DNA of 64,000 nucleotides from Antedon mediterranea (GCF_964355755.1 NC_092675.1:4273812-4337811), one strand, 5' to 3'. Counted from the stretch's first letter, positions 13,501 through 25,300 are shown. Notes: generated from the letters alone by a model not told the origin. Translations and numbers: made by a program.

Positions 13501-16500
13501 GGTAGAAGGGTGTTTGCTAAAAAGTTATCGAACTGCTATGGAGTTAGTTGAAAATGTCAGCTAACTCCATAGCAGTTTAACGGACTGTTTGCGGAAAGTT
13601 ACTGAGGACTGGATATTTCTGAAAAGAAGTTCATAAAAGAAGTTATGGTTGACCTAGATGGGTCAATATAAGTGTGTGGTGTAGGTATAATGTTGAATAC
13701 GGAAACATGTGTTCAACAAGATGTGTCTGAAAACATTGATTGACAGTAGGCCTAGATATTCTTTAAACAATGAAGGTTCGAACGGATCAAATATGGCATC
13801 CTCAGTAAGGTACGTTTAAATATGTTATGTATTTCAGCTTACATGCGTACCCCAAATACGATGCCCCTGGATACTACTACTGTATTGTTTGTAAAGCAAT
13901 TGTGTTAATGGTGTATGCCGAGGTCAACAAGCACGACAAAGGAATCAGACTCAATTTTTTTGGCCTTTAAAAAATTAATAAAAACTGCAGACTTTGTCTA
14001 CAAAATTTGGCCAAAAAAAAAATTCAGATCCTAAACCTACCATTTTCGGATATTGTTACTGTAGAAAAGGGTCCTTTTTCTTTATCTTTATAAGAGCAGG
14101 AAAATGCTCCGAATCTTGCATATGCTTGCGATTCTTCTTCTAACATCAATTCCACTTCGTCTTGATCACGAATCGGTAGCCCACTGAATGTTGATGTTAG
14201 CTGAAAGTCATAACTGGTATTGTAAAGACGATCCAATGTCAACGACACATTTTCAAGTGTACTGCGTGTGTCCAAACACAGTAATTCGGTGTTACCAGAT
14301 ACGCTGACAATTGGAAACTTGTTGATGAAAATTATATTATTTCCTGAAATAGTAAACAATCAGTAGGACTAAGAGATTAAACGTAAAATGGACATTATGA
14401 ACAGACTGGAGTGGAATTGTGGCTTGGTGGTTATGATGCTTGGCTACCACTCCAAGGTTCCTGTGTTCAAGTCCCGTCACATGTCAGGATTGTAATGAGA
14501 CTTTGTTTATGTAGAGCATCTTGTGTATATGTTTGTCTTTTGAACCTCTGAGGGTCCCTAATGTTCAGCAATTGCTGGATGGATCACCTCATTAAATATG
14601 GTAAAAAAACTCTTGAACATTTGTTTTAATTCTAATTACCATAAATACTTTAATTAAAATAAATGTACTAACTTTATTATCAAAATGAAAAGGATGGATT
14701 TCATTAGAAGGTAAAGACAAGATAATCCAGAAATATGAATTACCGCAGACGAAGACGGTACCTGAGATAACAAAAACCTGGTTGACCTAACAATCTAACA
14801 AAACCCAATTTAAAAAAGGGGAAGGTTTGCCACTTCCGTTACTCCATCCCACAGGTCTAGACCTCGACAGCTGTATCGTCAACAACCAGTATATTATGTT
14901 GCTATAATGTTTAAAAAAAATTAGAAACAAATAACATCTACCTATGTTGTTTGTGTAATGTTGTAGTTTGGGATCATGCTCCAATTATTTGGGAGAGCAA
15001 TTAAGAAACAATACTCAGAGGTCATTCTAACTGATTCTTTTAAGCAGGAAATCTTAAATATGAATTTACTAGTCAATTGTTTTTAAAGTACCTTGCGTTT
15101 TGTAGCAACAAGACTTTACTATAAATACATTAATGGAATTTTTATGTTTGTTTTATATTTAGATTATCCCGTTTCAAAGTACAGATAGTAGTTCATTAAT
15201 AAGGTAATACATTTTTTTTAAACATGATTAATTATCTTAATAGTTTGTTTATTTTATCTTTTATCTTATCAATATAGTTACATGGTTATATTAAGAAAAA
15301 GAAAGAAAATAAGACAAAATGCTTGTTAGTGGAATAACAAGATGGTTGATACATGACGGTATAAACCCCCATTGGTTGATAGTCATCATTTATGGTCCAC
15401 CGACAGTATACATTCCCCCTGGCTTAAACAAAAAAAAAAGATGTTTTTACCATTATCAATTAAGTAGGTGCCTGGGAATGGTAGGACATATTGTAGGTGC
15501 AAAGTTGTAACAATAATGAGAATAGTCGTTTGACTTTAAAATGATAAAGCATATTTGGCTTTGGATAATTTGTAAGATGTATTATTACGTCATCTACTCA
15601 TTTTCGTGTGCATAATAATCTCCTTTTGCGGCATCATCATACCTTGTTCGTACATATTGTAGATGTAATTATTTATAAATTAGACTGTAGGCCTACTAAG
15701 ACCTATATAATTATAATACGATAACAGGTAATCCTGTTCCATCTCACCATGGAGCTATAAAATGTTACAGCCTTATGATGATCGCACGATCATTACGTCA
15801 CCAGCTTTATCTTCATTATCATTCACATACTTAATTAGGATTCCCCTTAATTATTATATAAATCTTTTGCCATAATTTAACTATTCTTTGTCTCAGTGAC
15901 TTTTTTTCTTATAGAAGACTTTTAAAGCTGTAAATTATTATCCGTTAAAACAATGGTAATGGTGGTAAATTTCAAAAGTAAACATAAAAAAAGGCAATCA
16001 TAACATAATTCATATCTCTTCGAATCTAAAATTACATCTATTGGAAAAAGGAAATATACAATAATAATAATGCGTTGTCTATTTTAATTGTAGCATATTT
16101 TTTAGTACAGTAATTTTAGATTTAAGTTAAAAAGTATCTCTCTATATCTCCATGTTAAACATACTCCGTTTCTTTATTAGTTATCCGCTTAGTAGCGGAT
16201 AACTCCTTGTAATCGTCCTGTTTCATCAAATTTTTTTTTTTCTGTATTATACTTCTTTCTTTCTGTCATTTTTGTGCGTCGCGTTTCTCTAAAACGTGTA
16301 AACAGAACATATCGTAACTTTGTCAACATATCGGCATATACGTGAACTTGTGCACCTCCTATTTTTGAATGATGTCAGAGTTGCGCAACGTGACTTACGT
16401 GCGATTTTATGAATTTCAATGATTGATCATAGACTAAAAACCAAACATAATTTTGTTTTGAAACTTTGTGAAAATTTAAGTCATATCAAGCGCAAACTTT

Positions 16501-17927
16501 CTATGGATTAAAAATAGCATGTTTCACAAAAAGTTACGCGCGCACGCGCGTTTAAAATTTTAACGTGCGAAAAATCAACGTCTAATCAACTTTCTATGCG
16601 TTTCATGTCATTTTGAGCATGTCAAAAATTCCCACGCGCGCGAAACTTTTTACGCACGCGGTGCACACGTAGCGTTAAAAACATATTTTTTTCGCGTGAT
16701 TTATGTTTTTTCAGCCTTTTATAGTAATGTTACCAACTTTTAAACAATTTCGACTTAAAATTACGTCATACGAGCACGTCGAATTAAATAATTTGCACGC
16801 GTTTCTGGTGAAAAAGTTCAAAAATTCGTCAAAATTATGCCTATTTTTAAACAGTCATAGATTCTAAACTACATGGAGAACTTTTTTTTAATTACATATT
16901 CTGGAAGTTGATGAATGGTAGATATTGAATTATGCATTAATATGGCTAACCGGACATTGTGACGTCATCGTATGGCCACGCAAATATAAAATATAGGATT
17001 TTTGTCTCTTTCGTCATAGCTCATCACATTTAATAGAGCGCATCTCCACTTATTCGTTGTTCATTTTCACCCCGATTTTAATATATTCTAGGTCTATCAA
17101 CTATGTTTTGCATGAATTAAAAATTTTTTAATTTTTTTAACGTCATCATGCCTAAAAATTTAAATTACGTTGGTCATTAATTTCATCTTTACAGTAAATT
17201 TTAATCTGGTATAGCTCGTAAGAATAAAATGTGATAATCACGATTCAAACGTTTTCAGGTAGCTATTGTATTTTAGATACAAAATCATAAGAAAATTGTG
17301 CCAATCGAATGTTGTGACGTCATCATATGGCCAGTTAAATACAAAAAGTCATATTTTCATCTTTTGCGTTATATTTCATTACATTTAAAAGAGCGCGCAT
17401 CAATATTTCACGTATTCAAATTTCTTCTACACGTTAATATGTTGTTGCTGAGATAATTTTATTCTGAAATTTCTACTTTTGCATTTCATTTTAAAACCGT
17501 CAAGATGTTAAAAATTACAATAAAATACGGGTCCCGTAATTTCACCTATTTTACACTGTTTGTGATATGTATACAGATTGTACTGTGTATACTATGTATA
17601 TGACAACAAAATAACATAATTCAGAAATAACAACATATCATATTCTTCAGTTCAGGTCATAATGCCTTAATATTTTTCTGTGTGCAATATTCTAACGTAT
17701 GACGTGCACGTGGCGTTTGTCGAGCGGATAACTAACTCGTCAAAGTGACGAGTTTCATGTCTAGTTATTTTTTCAATTGAAAACAAAACAATGGATAAAA
17801 CAGACTCCAGATGTTTACGTCTGAGCATTGTTCGCTACTCTTTAGTTTGCTACTCACCCAAAATTTCTGTTTGTACCAATCCAAAAATTCGGCTAAAAAT
17901 CAAAATAGCAAATATAAATAAATCCAT
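151..17927 (-). CDS. TIE: Tie/TEK-family (angiopoietin receptor-like) receptor tyrosine kinase, complete, 24 coding exons, ~1407 aa
   Basis: Exons read on minus strand, all GT-AG and phase-compatible, total 4224 nt: 17858-17927 (signal peptide [24 protein letters not shown]), 14041-14343 and 11208-11471 (Ig-like), 10879-11010, 10496-10630, 9958-10086 (three EGF, e.g. [29 protein letters not shown]), 9543-9637 (alternative acceptor 9652) + 8898-9060 and 8327-8590 (Ig-like), 7732-8049, 7263-7345 + 6912-7140, 6367-6666, 5669-5962 (FN3), 4838-5082 ([27 protein letters not shown]), 4230-4575 (juxtamembrane, EGNFGQV, AAVKMLK), 3733-3843 ([26 protein letters not shown]), 3265-3455, 2779-2904 ([20 protein letters not shown]), 2564-2634 ([12 protein letters not shown]), 1940-1980 ([10 protein letters not shown]), 1235-1331 ([32 protein letters not shown]), 498-597, 151-267 (PYVN...stop). 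Kinase motifs closely match vertebrate TIE1/TEK; the symbol is family-level, not a 1:1 ortholog call. Confidence 0.9.
2477..2538. repeat. Perfect inverted repeat, 30-bp arms, 2-nt spacer
   Basis: gatgacaaacttactacaaacacacgtatt-tt-aatacgtgtgtttgtagtaagtttgtcatc. Confidence 0.95.
2990..3162. mobile_element. MITE family A copy (PIF/Harbinger-like)
   Basis: TIRs tctacactatcaaact...gtttgatagtgtagacagagct; internal gtgcccaaatatggtagtgat shared with other copies in the window. Confidence 0.8.
4012..4204. mobile_element. MITE family B copy (PIF/Harbinger-like)
   Basis: agcgtggttcc...ggaaccacgct termini flanked by TAA/TTA; body highly similar to the copy at 22022-22233. Confidence 0.8.
9224..9533. 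repeat. Compound (TCA/TCG)n microsatellite in Tie-like intron
   Basis: atcatcatc runs with recurring interruptions (ttgttattatc; agcgtcactaccataattg twice); explains the spurious poly-M/I/D ORFs. Confidence 0.95.
10736..10863. mobile_element. Degenerate MITE family A copy
   Basis: aagctctg start, internal atcactaccatatttgggcacatc-like motifs, decayed tagtttagacaga end. Confidence 0.55.
12294..12391. repeat. Imperfect inverted repeat (~45-bp arms), small foldback/MITE remnant
   Basis: tgaaaagcaaagtgagacaa.ctaaaaacaatagcatt ... aatgctattgtttttaagttgtctcactttgcttttca. Confidence 0.85.
13255..13577. repeat. Degenerate ~33-bp tandem repeat followed by a 21-bp-arm hairpin (13531-13577)
   Basis: Recurring ggcgttt(g/t)ctgaaaagttactgaaatgg; hairpin aactgctatggagttagttga-aaatg-tcagctaactccatagcagtt. 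Confidence 0.7.
14411..14610 (+). mobile_element. tRNA-derived SINE (decayed)
   Basis: A-box-like tggcttggtggt and B-box-like gtgttcaagtcc, followed by body and A-rich tail; no intact cloverleaf. Confidence 0.55.
16174..17766 (+). mobile_element. Helentron-associated non-autonomous element (HINE/DINE-1-like), ~1.6 kb
   Basis: 5' subTIR agttatccgct immediately followed by its inverted copy agcggataact; 3' subTIR agcggataact at ~17723; 3' hairpin aactcgtca-aag-tgacgagtt; ends ctagtt in T-rich flank; CpG-rich body distinct from the host intron. Confidence 0.75.
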
Positions 17928-18055
17928 TTCGTATTCTAAAACGTCATTATATGTTAATTAACGTACTCTCGGTAGTTAGTTAAGTAGTAACGTGTTTGGT
18001 TGTTGCGCATTAACAAGTGTGTGTGTACGTACACACAGATTTTGGAGTTCTTAAA

Positions 18056-18100
18056 AGATAAATAGCCAACTTCCGTTAGCGGAAGTGTGGAGAGCGATAA
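18056..18100. promoter_or_regulatory. Candidate proximal regulatory module of the Tie-like gene: palindromic ETS pair flanked by GATA sites
   Basis: acttccg-ttag-cggaagt (18069-18086) with agataa (18056) and cgataa (18095), ~140 bp upstream of the ATG at 17927. Confidence 0.45.
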
Positions 18101-18371
18101 CGGCAAGGCAGAAAGTGGATTGGCATATATACCAAGCCCATTCCGCCCTCGTTAAACCAGCTTTTAATTTACAGCAAATAAATCGATTATGGTTTCATTT
18201 AATACTTTTAATATCTCATCCATCTATGTCGGTTTTTGTATTAACAACTTTTCACAAGCTTTGAAGAGGCTAAGTGATATTTCAAGATGTTGGTGACACC
18301 TAATGATAGACCTACTCATCGTGGATATTGTTAGTAATCTTATTCGATACTAGTTCATAAAACAAATACAT

Positions 18372-18946
18372 TTAATATTAAATAAATTTAATTTTAAATT
18401 TAGTCGTCTACTTACAAATACTTCAGTGAAAAACGAGGGAAAATATTGTGCTTTTCTGTTTACTCAATAATTTATATAGTTTACAAAAAGCAATATTGTT
18501 TTATTTCAGCCTTAATAATAAAAAATATATTTAATATTAAATTTAGTAGTCTGCCTACAAATACTTCAGTGAAAAACGAGGGGAAATATTGTGCTTTTCT
18601 GTTTACTCAATAATTGATATAGTTTACAAAAAGCAATATTGTTTTATTTCAGCCTTAATAATAAAAAATATATTTAATATTAAATTTAGTAGTCTACCTA
18701 CAAATACTTCAGTGAAAACGAGGGGAAATATTGTGCTCTTCTGTTTTCTCAATAATTAATATAGTTTACAAAAAGCAATATTGTTTTATTTCAGCCTTAA
18801 TGATGAAAAAAAAAAATAATATTAAATTTAGTAGTCTACCTACAAATACTTCAGTGAAAAACGAGGGGAAATATTGTGGTCTTCTGTTTTCTCGATAATT
18901 GATATAGTTTACAAAAAGCAATATTGTTTTATTTCTGCTTTAATAA
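18372..18946. repeat. Tandem repeat, ~143-bp unit, ~4 copies
   Basis: Unit aaatttagtagtctacctacaaatacttcagtgaaaaacgagggga...aaaaagcaatattgttttatttcagccttaata repeated four times. Confidence 0.95.
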
Positions 18947-20854
18947 TTTTACTGCTAGGACTTCGAGATAATTATTACCAGGCATACATTTTGTATTGTT
19001 ATTGTGTGCTCGATTGGAAAATCTATATACATCCGAACAAATGAAAACTTTATAGAAAATCTCATATTATGCTTTTGTTATTAAAGTATATAATTATTTT
19101 GATTAAATTCATACTGTCTATTATTTTCCCCAATCTTTATAACGATTATCTTGCAGATTATATATTTTAAAAAAGGTTATATTTATTTGTTTTATTTGTA
19201 ACAATATTTTACGAGGGTGGTTCATCCAGCTGATCAAAATAATATATTATATTTTACTATTTCCTATTGGTATGCTTTGTATGCATATCAAGCAGAGGTC
19301 CCGAGTAATTATTAATACAATATTGACAATTAAAATAATTGAAAGGAGTCTAAGGAAACGCTTCTTCTTTTAAGCTCTGACCAAATTGTATTTTATTGCG
19401 TTGCTAAACTTTGTAGGCCCTGTATATGTTTCAGTAGTCCGTCATCATTTGAATGTTTTGCTAACTTTTTATATTTGTTTATGTACTGTATATGAAATCT
19501 GAAATAAAGTTTAATAATAATAATTAGTGAATAAACTGATTAGCTAAGCACAAGATGTGTTTATACTCTGGACGCACCTTTCTTTCAAAGAAGCGTGCCA
19601 CTGTTAATAATTCCAAAACTTATTAGTACTATTATACCACGGAGAAGTAATTTCTCTATGATTATACCAAACTACACGTGTAATAATGGCACTGGTTGAC
19701 TGCATAATATGCATTGGTTAGTGGGTGGTTGGTATCAAATATTAATAAAAGACCGTATGTAAAAAAAAATTAAATTAAAAGCAAGTAAAGCAAGTGTACT
19801 ACGTGTCCTTCAGTGCTATAAATAAAACTTCAAGTCCCGAGGGTAGCTGCTTCCGTTGTCTGTCACTACATCTAATCCGGCGAAACTTTTGAATAGTACA
19901 CCCTATTATCTTATAACTGTGTTTACAATAAGGAGGAATCGATTGCTGACACGGATGACCTATGTGATGATGTGGGTATTTGAAATAGCATCATGGCGGT
20001 TAAAGAGCGTCTTTACATTGTAATTACTAGTACTACCATGTCTGGATATAGTGAATTATTCTTCATGGGTTGTTACATTGGCGAAGATTTAAAAACGTTT
20101 TTAGTGAGTCGTTTTAAGTCGAACACCAAATTAACTGATCCATGATTGTACCATTTTTTATGTGTGTTGTCACTGAGCTATATTGCATTTAACTTTTATT
20201 TCTGGGCTTCTATTTATTTTGTTAATTTAATCGTTTACGTTTTACTCAACGCATTGAGTTTTTGTTGCTGTCCCATAATTATTAGAAAAGAGTAAAACTA
20301 ATTTTGTTACCAAGCCGAAGTCGTCAGTTCTAGAACTGAGCCGGAAAACAAACAATTACGATTTTAAAAATCTCGTTTACGATTCTCGTGGACAATCATA
20401 AAAGAATCAACACACCTATTACCAAAAAAGCAACCCACTTATTAGGCAGTCGGTCAAATAAGAACGAATCTATTACATAGTGCGGTCAGCGGCGACGGTT
20501 GGTTGTAAGTTTCTACACGTCTCAACCTATAGATGGCGCAATTGTGAAATTTTTTGAGTAACAATAAAAACTGCGATGTTTACAATACTGTACCTTTTAA
20601 ATTTGGACCGATGTTACATTTACAGAATAGGCCTACGTTATCTTCTCACTACTATAATATAAATATCCATAATAAAAAAAAACTCGCACATGCTCAATCC
20701 GAAAACGCCAATAAACTTGACCAAAAAAATAGTTTCAACCTGAACATTATGACGGAAATATTCTGTTAAAATTAAACGCGAGTACATAAAAAGATTAATA
20801 ACATATTTATTTCTGAAACTCAGTATAAAACACATTACTACCACATTACATTAA

Positions 20855-21238
20855 TATGTATTGTCCCCTAAAATATGAAAAATAAAGATGTTGAAGAGGC
20901 CATTTTTATAGTTTTTCACACTCCACAGAAAATGCAACAAATATAATTCACTCATAAAAGGCTAAATTAAATTAAAACGAAACTCCGTTGTCTTGACAAA
21001 TGGGCTTCTGGATGACTATTTTATTTTTAAAGATTTTTCTGATAAATATTTTTTTGATTCAATTCGGGCAAATTGAATAACTATTATGACATTCAACAAA
21101 AAATGTGAAACAAATATTTTTAGTCGGGTTCAACGCGACTCTACAGCTCACTATGTCGGTCGGTTGGTCGGTAAACAAATTTGAGCACGTGACTGCAGCC
21201 ATCTATATGGCCTTGTTATTCAGGGGGACAATACATCT
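20855..21238. mobile_element. Kolobok-like MITE with TTAA target-site duplication
   Basis: ttaa|tatgtattgtcccct ... gggggacaatacatct|ttaa. Confidence 0.65.
21117..21217 (+). mobile_element. Short HINE/Helentron-type element nested in the MITE
   Basis: tttttagtcgggt..acgcgact (subTIR plus inverted copy), (gtcg/gttg)n microsatellite, cacgtgact second subTIR, gccat.tatatggc hairpin, cttgtt end. Confidence 0.6.
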
Positions 21239-22021
21239 TTAATACTAAACTAAGCATGATGTGCTAAATGCAATGTCGAAAAATGCGAGTAAATTATTGC
21301 ACAATCATCAAAGTAACTCAGGTGCTGGCACAATTCTGATTGTCTAGTACACCAAATTTACAATTAAATATGGAAATTTACAAACAAAAATACCACATTC
21401 ATGAAAAAGATCCTAAAATTTTTGAGGCAGAAAATATGAGCTAGTGCTAAATTATACATACTACATACATTTTTATACCAGAAACCGGTATTACAATGAT
21501 TTGCACCGTTTCTATTTACCTATTTCTCATCCTTCTTTTTTAATCGTATAATTATTATTTCTTCACAAATACTGTATGTTGCAGTATACAGTAATAAATA
21601 TTTGTAAAACTTCAACGAATTATTATTAATAAACTCCAGTTTGAAAAAAGGGTTGGGTTTGGGCGTATTTGAAGAGAACATTATTTCTTTTCTACTTAAG
21701 TGACCACTTTGAACAAACACTCCTTAGCTCACTAAATGTCTATTCTATTGCAATTCTTAGCGGTGGATCATTTTCAGGTGCAAGGCCAAGAATGTATGAA
21801 GAACAGTGCAGGGGTATATCCCCTTCAACATTTTACCACAGGAGAATCTTGACATGCTTCCGAATCCGAGATAAAAATATGTCAAAAATAGTAGAAATTG
21901 GCTTGAAAATTGAGTTTATTAGCTGACCATATCTTCATCAACGTCTTTCTTCACCTAACTGACAGGAGGATTTCACCATAAAAAAGTGCAAACCATAGTC
22001 AAATATAAGGTAAGGTCAAAA

Positions 22022-22233
22022 AGCTTAGTTCCCACTAGCGACGCAACGTAAGGCAACTTACGCAACGTAAGAAAATACCCTTCCGATAATTGCGTTTTCT
22101 CCCGCCTGCGTGAAATCAAACCTGCGATGTTTGCAGCACTGTTGCGTCGTAGGTTTCCACTTGTGATTACGCAATACAGCAAGTTGCATCAATAAGTCAC
22201 TGCGTTGCGTTACATGCTAGTGGGACCTACGCT
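22022..22233. mobile_element. MITE family B copy, ~95 bp downstream of the ATAD1 stop
   Basis: agcttagttcccactagcg...gctagtgggacctacgct followed by tta. Confidence 0.85.
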
Positions 22234-22328
22234 TTAATATACCTTATGATAGATATGATAATGAAAGGATACAATGTAAACTTTCCGAGATACCATACAT
22301 CACAAGCAAAAGTAAGTAACAAGCAAAC

Positions 22329-25300
22329 TTAATCTAAATCTGGAATGGGAGAGATATACTTGGCGCCTTTCATCTTGGTCAGAGCTTTGGATAAATCAGT
22401 CATGCATAGAGGTCTTAACAAATCTGCACTGTCGGGGGCATCACTCCTATGAAAAAATGTAGGAAAGTAAGGATTCAATGCATTAAGAATGGTAAGAATT
22501 AATCAGTAAAAATCAAGGTTAAAAAACACAATAAAATAGTACACATTATGATGATGATCTGATACCGGTGGTTTTTATTGTGTCTGTCGTTTTTATTTGA
22601 TTTTGTAACTATAGACGTCCGTTTTCCAAAATAAAAGTAAAATGAATGAATGAATTACCTTAACATATTAAGGGCCTCTGTTTAAAAGGTTTGTTTATTT
22701 TGAGTTCCATTTTCTATAACTTTTAATATTTTTATTTTTTATATTTATATATTGAAATGACTAATGATTTTAATTGTCTATTATGTGTCACCCGAGACAG
22801 CAAAGAACATTTGTACAGCAACTAAGTTTTCTTTTGTTTAATCCTGTCACCGTCATGTGTTTTGTTGTCTTTTGTTTAATCCTGTCACCGTCATGGGTTT
22901 TGTTTTCTTTTGTTTAATCCTGTCACTGTCATGGGTTTTGTTTTCTTTTGTTTAATCCTGTCACCGTCATGGGTTTTGTTTTCCTTTGTTTAATCCTGTC
23001 ACCGTCATGGGTTTTGTTTTCTTTTGTTTAATCCTGTCACCGTCATGGGTTTTGTTTTCTTTTGTTTAATCCTGTCACCGTCATGGGTTTTGTTTTCTTT
23101 TGTTTAATCCTGTCACCGTCATGGGTTTTGTTTTCTTTTGTTTAATCCTGTCACCGTCATGGGTTTTGTTTTCTTTTGTTTAATCCTGTCACCGTCATGG
23201 GTTTTGTTTTCTTTTGTTTAATCCTGTCACTGTCATGGGTTTTGTTTTCTTTTGTTTAATCCTGTCACCGTCATGGGTTTTGTTTTCTTTTGTTTAATCC
23301 TGTCACCGTCATGGGTTTTGTTTTCTTTTGTTTAATCCTGTCACTGTCATGGGTTTTGTTTTCCTTTGTTTAATCCTGTCACCGTCATGGGTTTTGTTTT
23401 CTTTTGTTTAATCCTGTCACCGTCATGGGTTTTGTTTTCTTTTGTTTAATCCTGTCACCGTCATGGGTTTTGTTTTCTTTTGTTTAATCCTGTCACTGTC
23501 ATGGGTTTTGTTTTCTTTTGTTTAATCCTGTCACCGTCATGGGTTTTGTTTTCCTTTGTTTAATCCTGTCACCGTCATGGGTTTTGTTTTCTTTTGTTTA
23601 ATCCTGTCACTGTCATGGGTTTTGTTTTCTTTTGTTTAATCCTGTCACCGTCATGGGTTTTGTTTTCTTTTGTTTAATCCTGTCACCGTCATGGGTTTTG
23701 TTTTCTTTTGTTTAATCCTGTCACCGTCATGGGTTTTGTTTTCTTTTGTTTAATCCTGTCACCGTCATGGGTTTTGTTTTCTTTTGATTAATCCTGTCAC
23801 TGTCATGGGTTTTGTTTTCCTTTGTTTAATCCTGTCACCGTCATGGGTTTTGTTTTCTTTTGTTTAATCCTGTCACCGTCATGGGTTTTGTTTTCTTTTG
23901 TTTAATCCTGTCACCGTCATGGGTTTTGTTTTCTTTTGTTTAATCCTGTCACCGTCATGGGTTTTGTTTTGTTATGTTTAATCCTGTCACCGTCATGGGT
24001 TTTGTTTTCTTTTGTTTAATCCTGTCACTGTCATGGGTTTTGTTTTCTTTTGTTTAATCCTGTCACTGTCATGTGTTTTGTTTTCTTTTGTTTAATCCTG
24101 TCACTGTCATGGGTTTTGTTTTCCTTTGTTTAATCCTGTCACTGTCATGTGTTTTGTTTTCTTTTGTTTAATCCTGTCACTGTCATGGGTTTTGTTTTCT
24201 TTTGTTTAATCCTGTCACCGTCATGGGTTTTGTTTTCTTTTGTTTAATCCTGTCACCGTCATGGGTTTTGTTTTCCTTTGTTTAATCCTGCCACCGTCAT
24301 GGGTTTTGTTTTCTTTTGTTTAATCCTGTCACCGTCATGGGTTTTGTTTTCTTTTGTTTAATCCTGTCACCGTCATGGGTTTTGTTTTCTTTTGTTTAAT
24401 CCTGTCACTGTCATGGGTTTTGTTTTCTTTTGTTTAATCCTGTCACCGTCATGGGTTTTGTTTTCTTTTGTTTAATCCTGTCACCGTCATGGGTTTTGTT
24501 TTCTTTTGTTTAATCCTGTCACCGTCATGGGTTTTGTTTTCTTTTGTTTAATCCTGTCACCGTCATGGGTTTTGTTTTCTTTTGTTTAATCCTGTCACCG
24601 TCATGGGTTTTGTTTTCTTTTGTTTAATCCTGTCACCGTCATGGGTTTTGTTTTCTTTTGTTTAATCCTGTCACCGTCATGGGTTTTGTTTTCTTTTGTT
24701 TAATCCTGTCACCGTCATGGGTTTTGTTTTCTTTTGATTAATCCTGTCACCGTCATGGGTTTTGTTTTCTTTTGTTTAATCCTGTCACCGTCATGGGTTT
24801 TGTTTTCTTTTGTTTAATCCTGTCACCGTCATGGGTTTTGTTTTCTTTTGTTTAATCCTGTCACCGTCATGGGTTTTGTTTTCTTTTGTTTAATCCTGTC
24901 ACCGTCATGGGTTTTGTTTTCTTGTGTTTAATCCTGTCACCGTCATGGGTTTTGTTTTCTTTTGTTTAATCCTGTCACCGTCATGGGTTTTGTTTTCTTT
25001 TGTTTAATCCTGTCACCGTCATGGGTTTTGTTTTCTTTTGTTTAATCCTGTCACTGTCATGGGTTTTGTTTTCTTTTGTTTAATCCTGTCACCGTCATGG
25101 GTTTTGTTTTCTTTTGTTTAATCCTGTCACCGTCATGGGTTTTGTTTTCTTTTGTTTAATCCTGTCACCGTCATGGGTTTTGTTTTCTTTTGTTTAATCC
25201 TGTCACTGTCATGGGTTTTGTTTTCTTTTGTTTAATCCTGTCACCGTCATGGGTTTTGTTTTCTTTTGTTTAATCCTGTCACCGTCATGGGTTTTGTTTT

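Noticed and set aside
14411-14480. tRNA gene
   Set aside because: A/B boxes present but no acceptor or anticodon stem pairing; better explained as a SINE head (same for 37870)
14744-14786. Possible small Tie exon ([15 protein letters not shown])
   Set aside because: Its phase-0 start is incompatible with the phase-1 signal-peptide exon 17858-17927, which splices in frame directly to 14343
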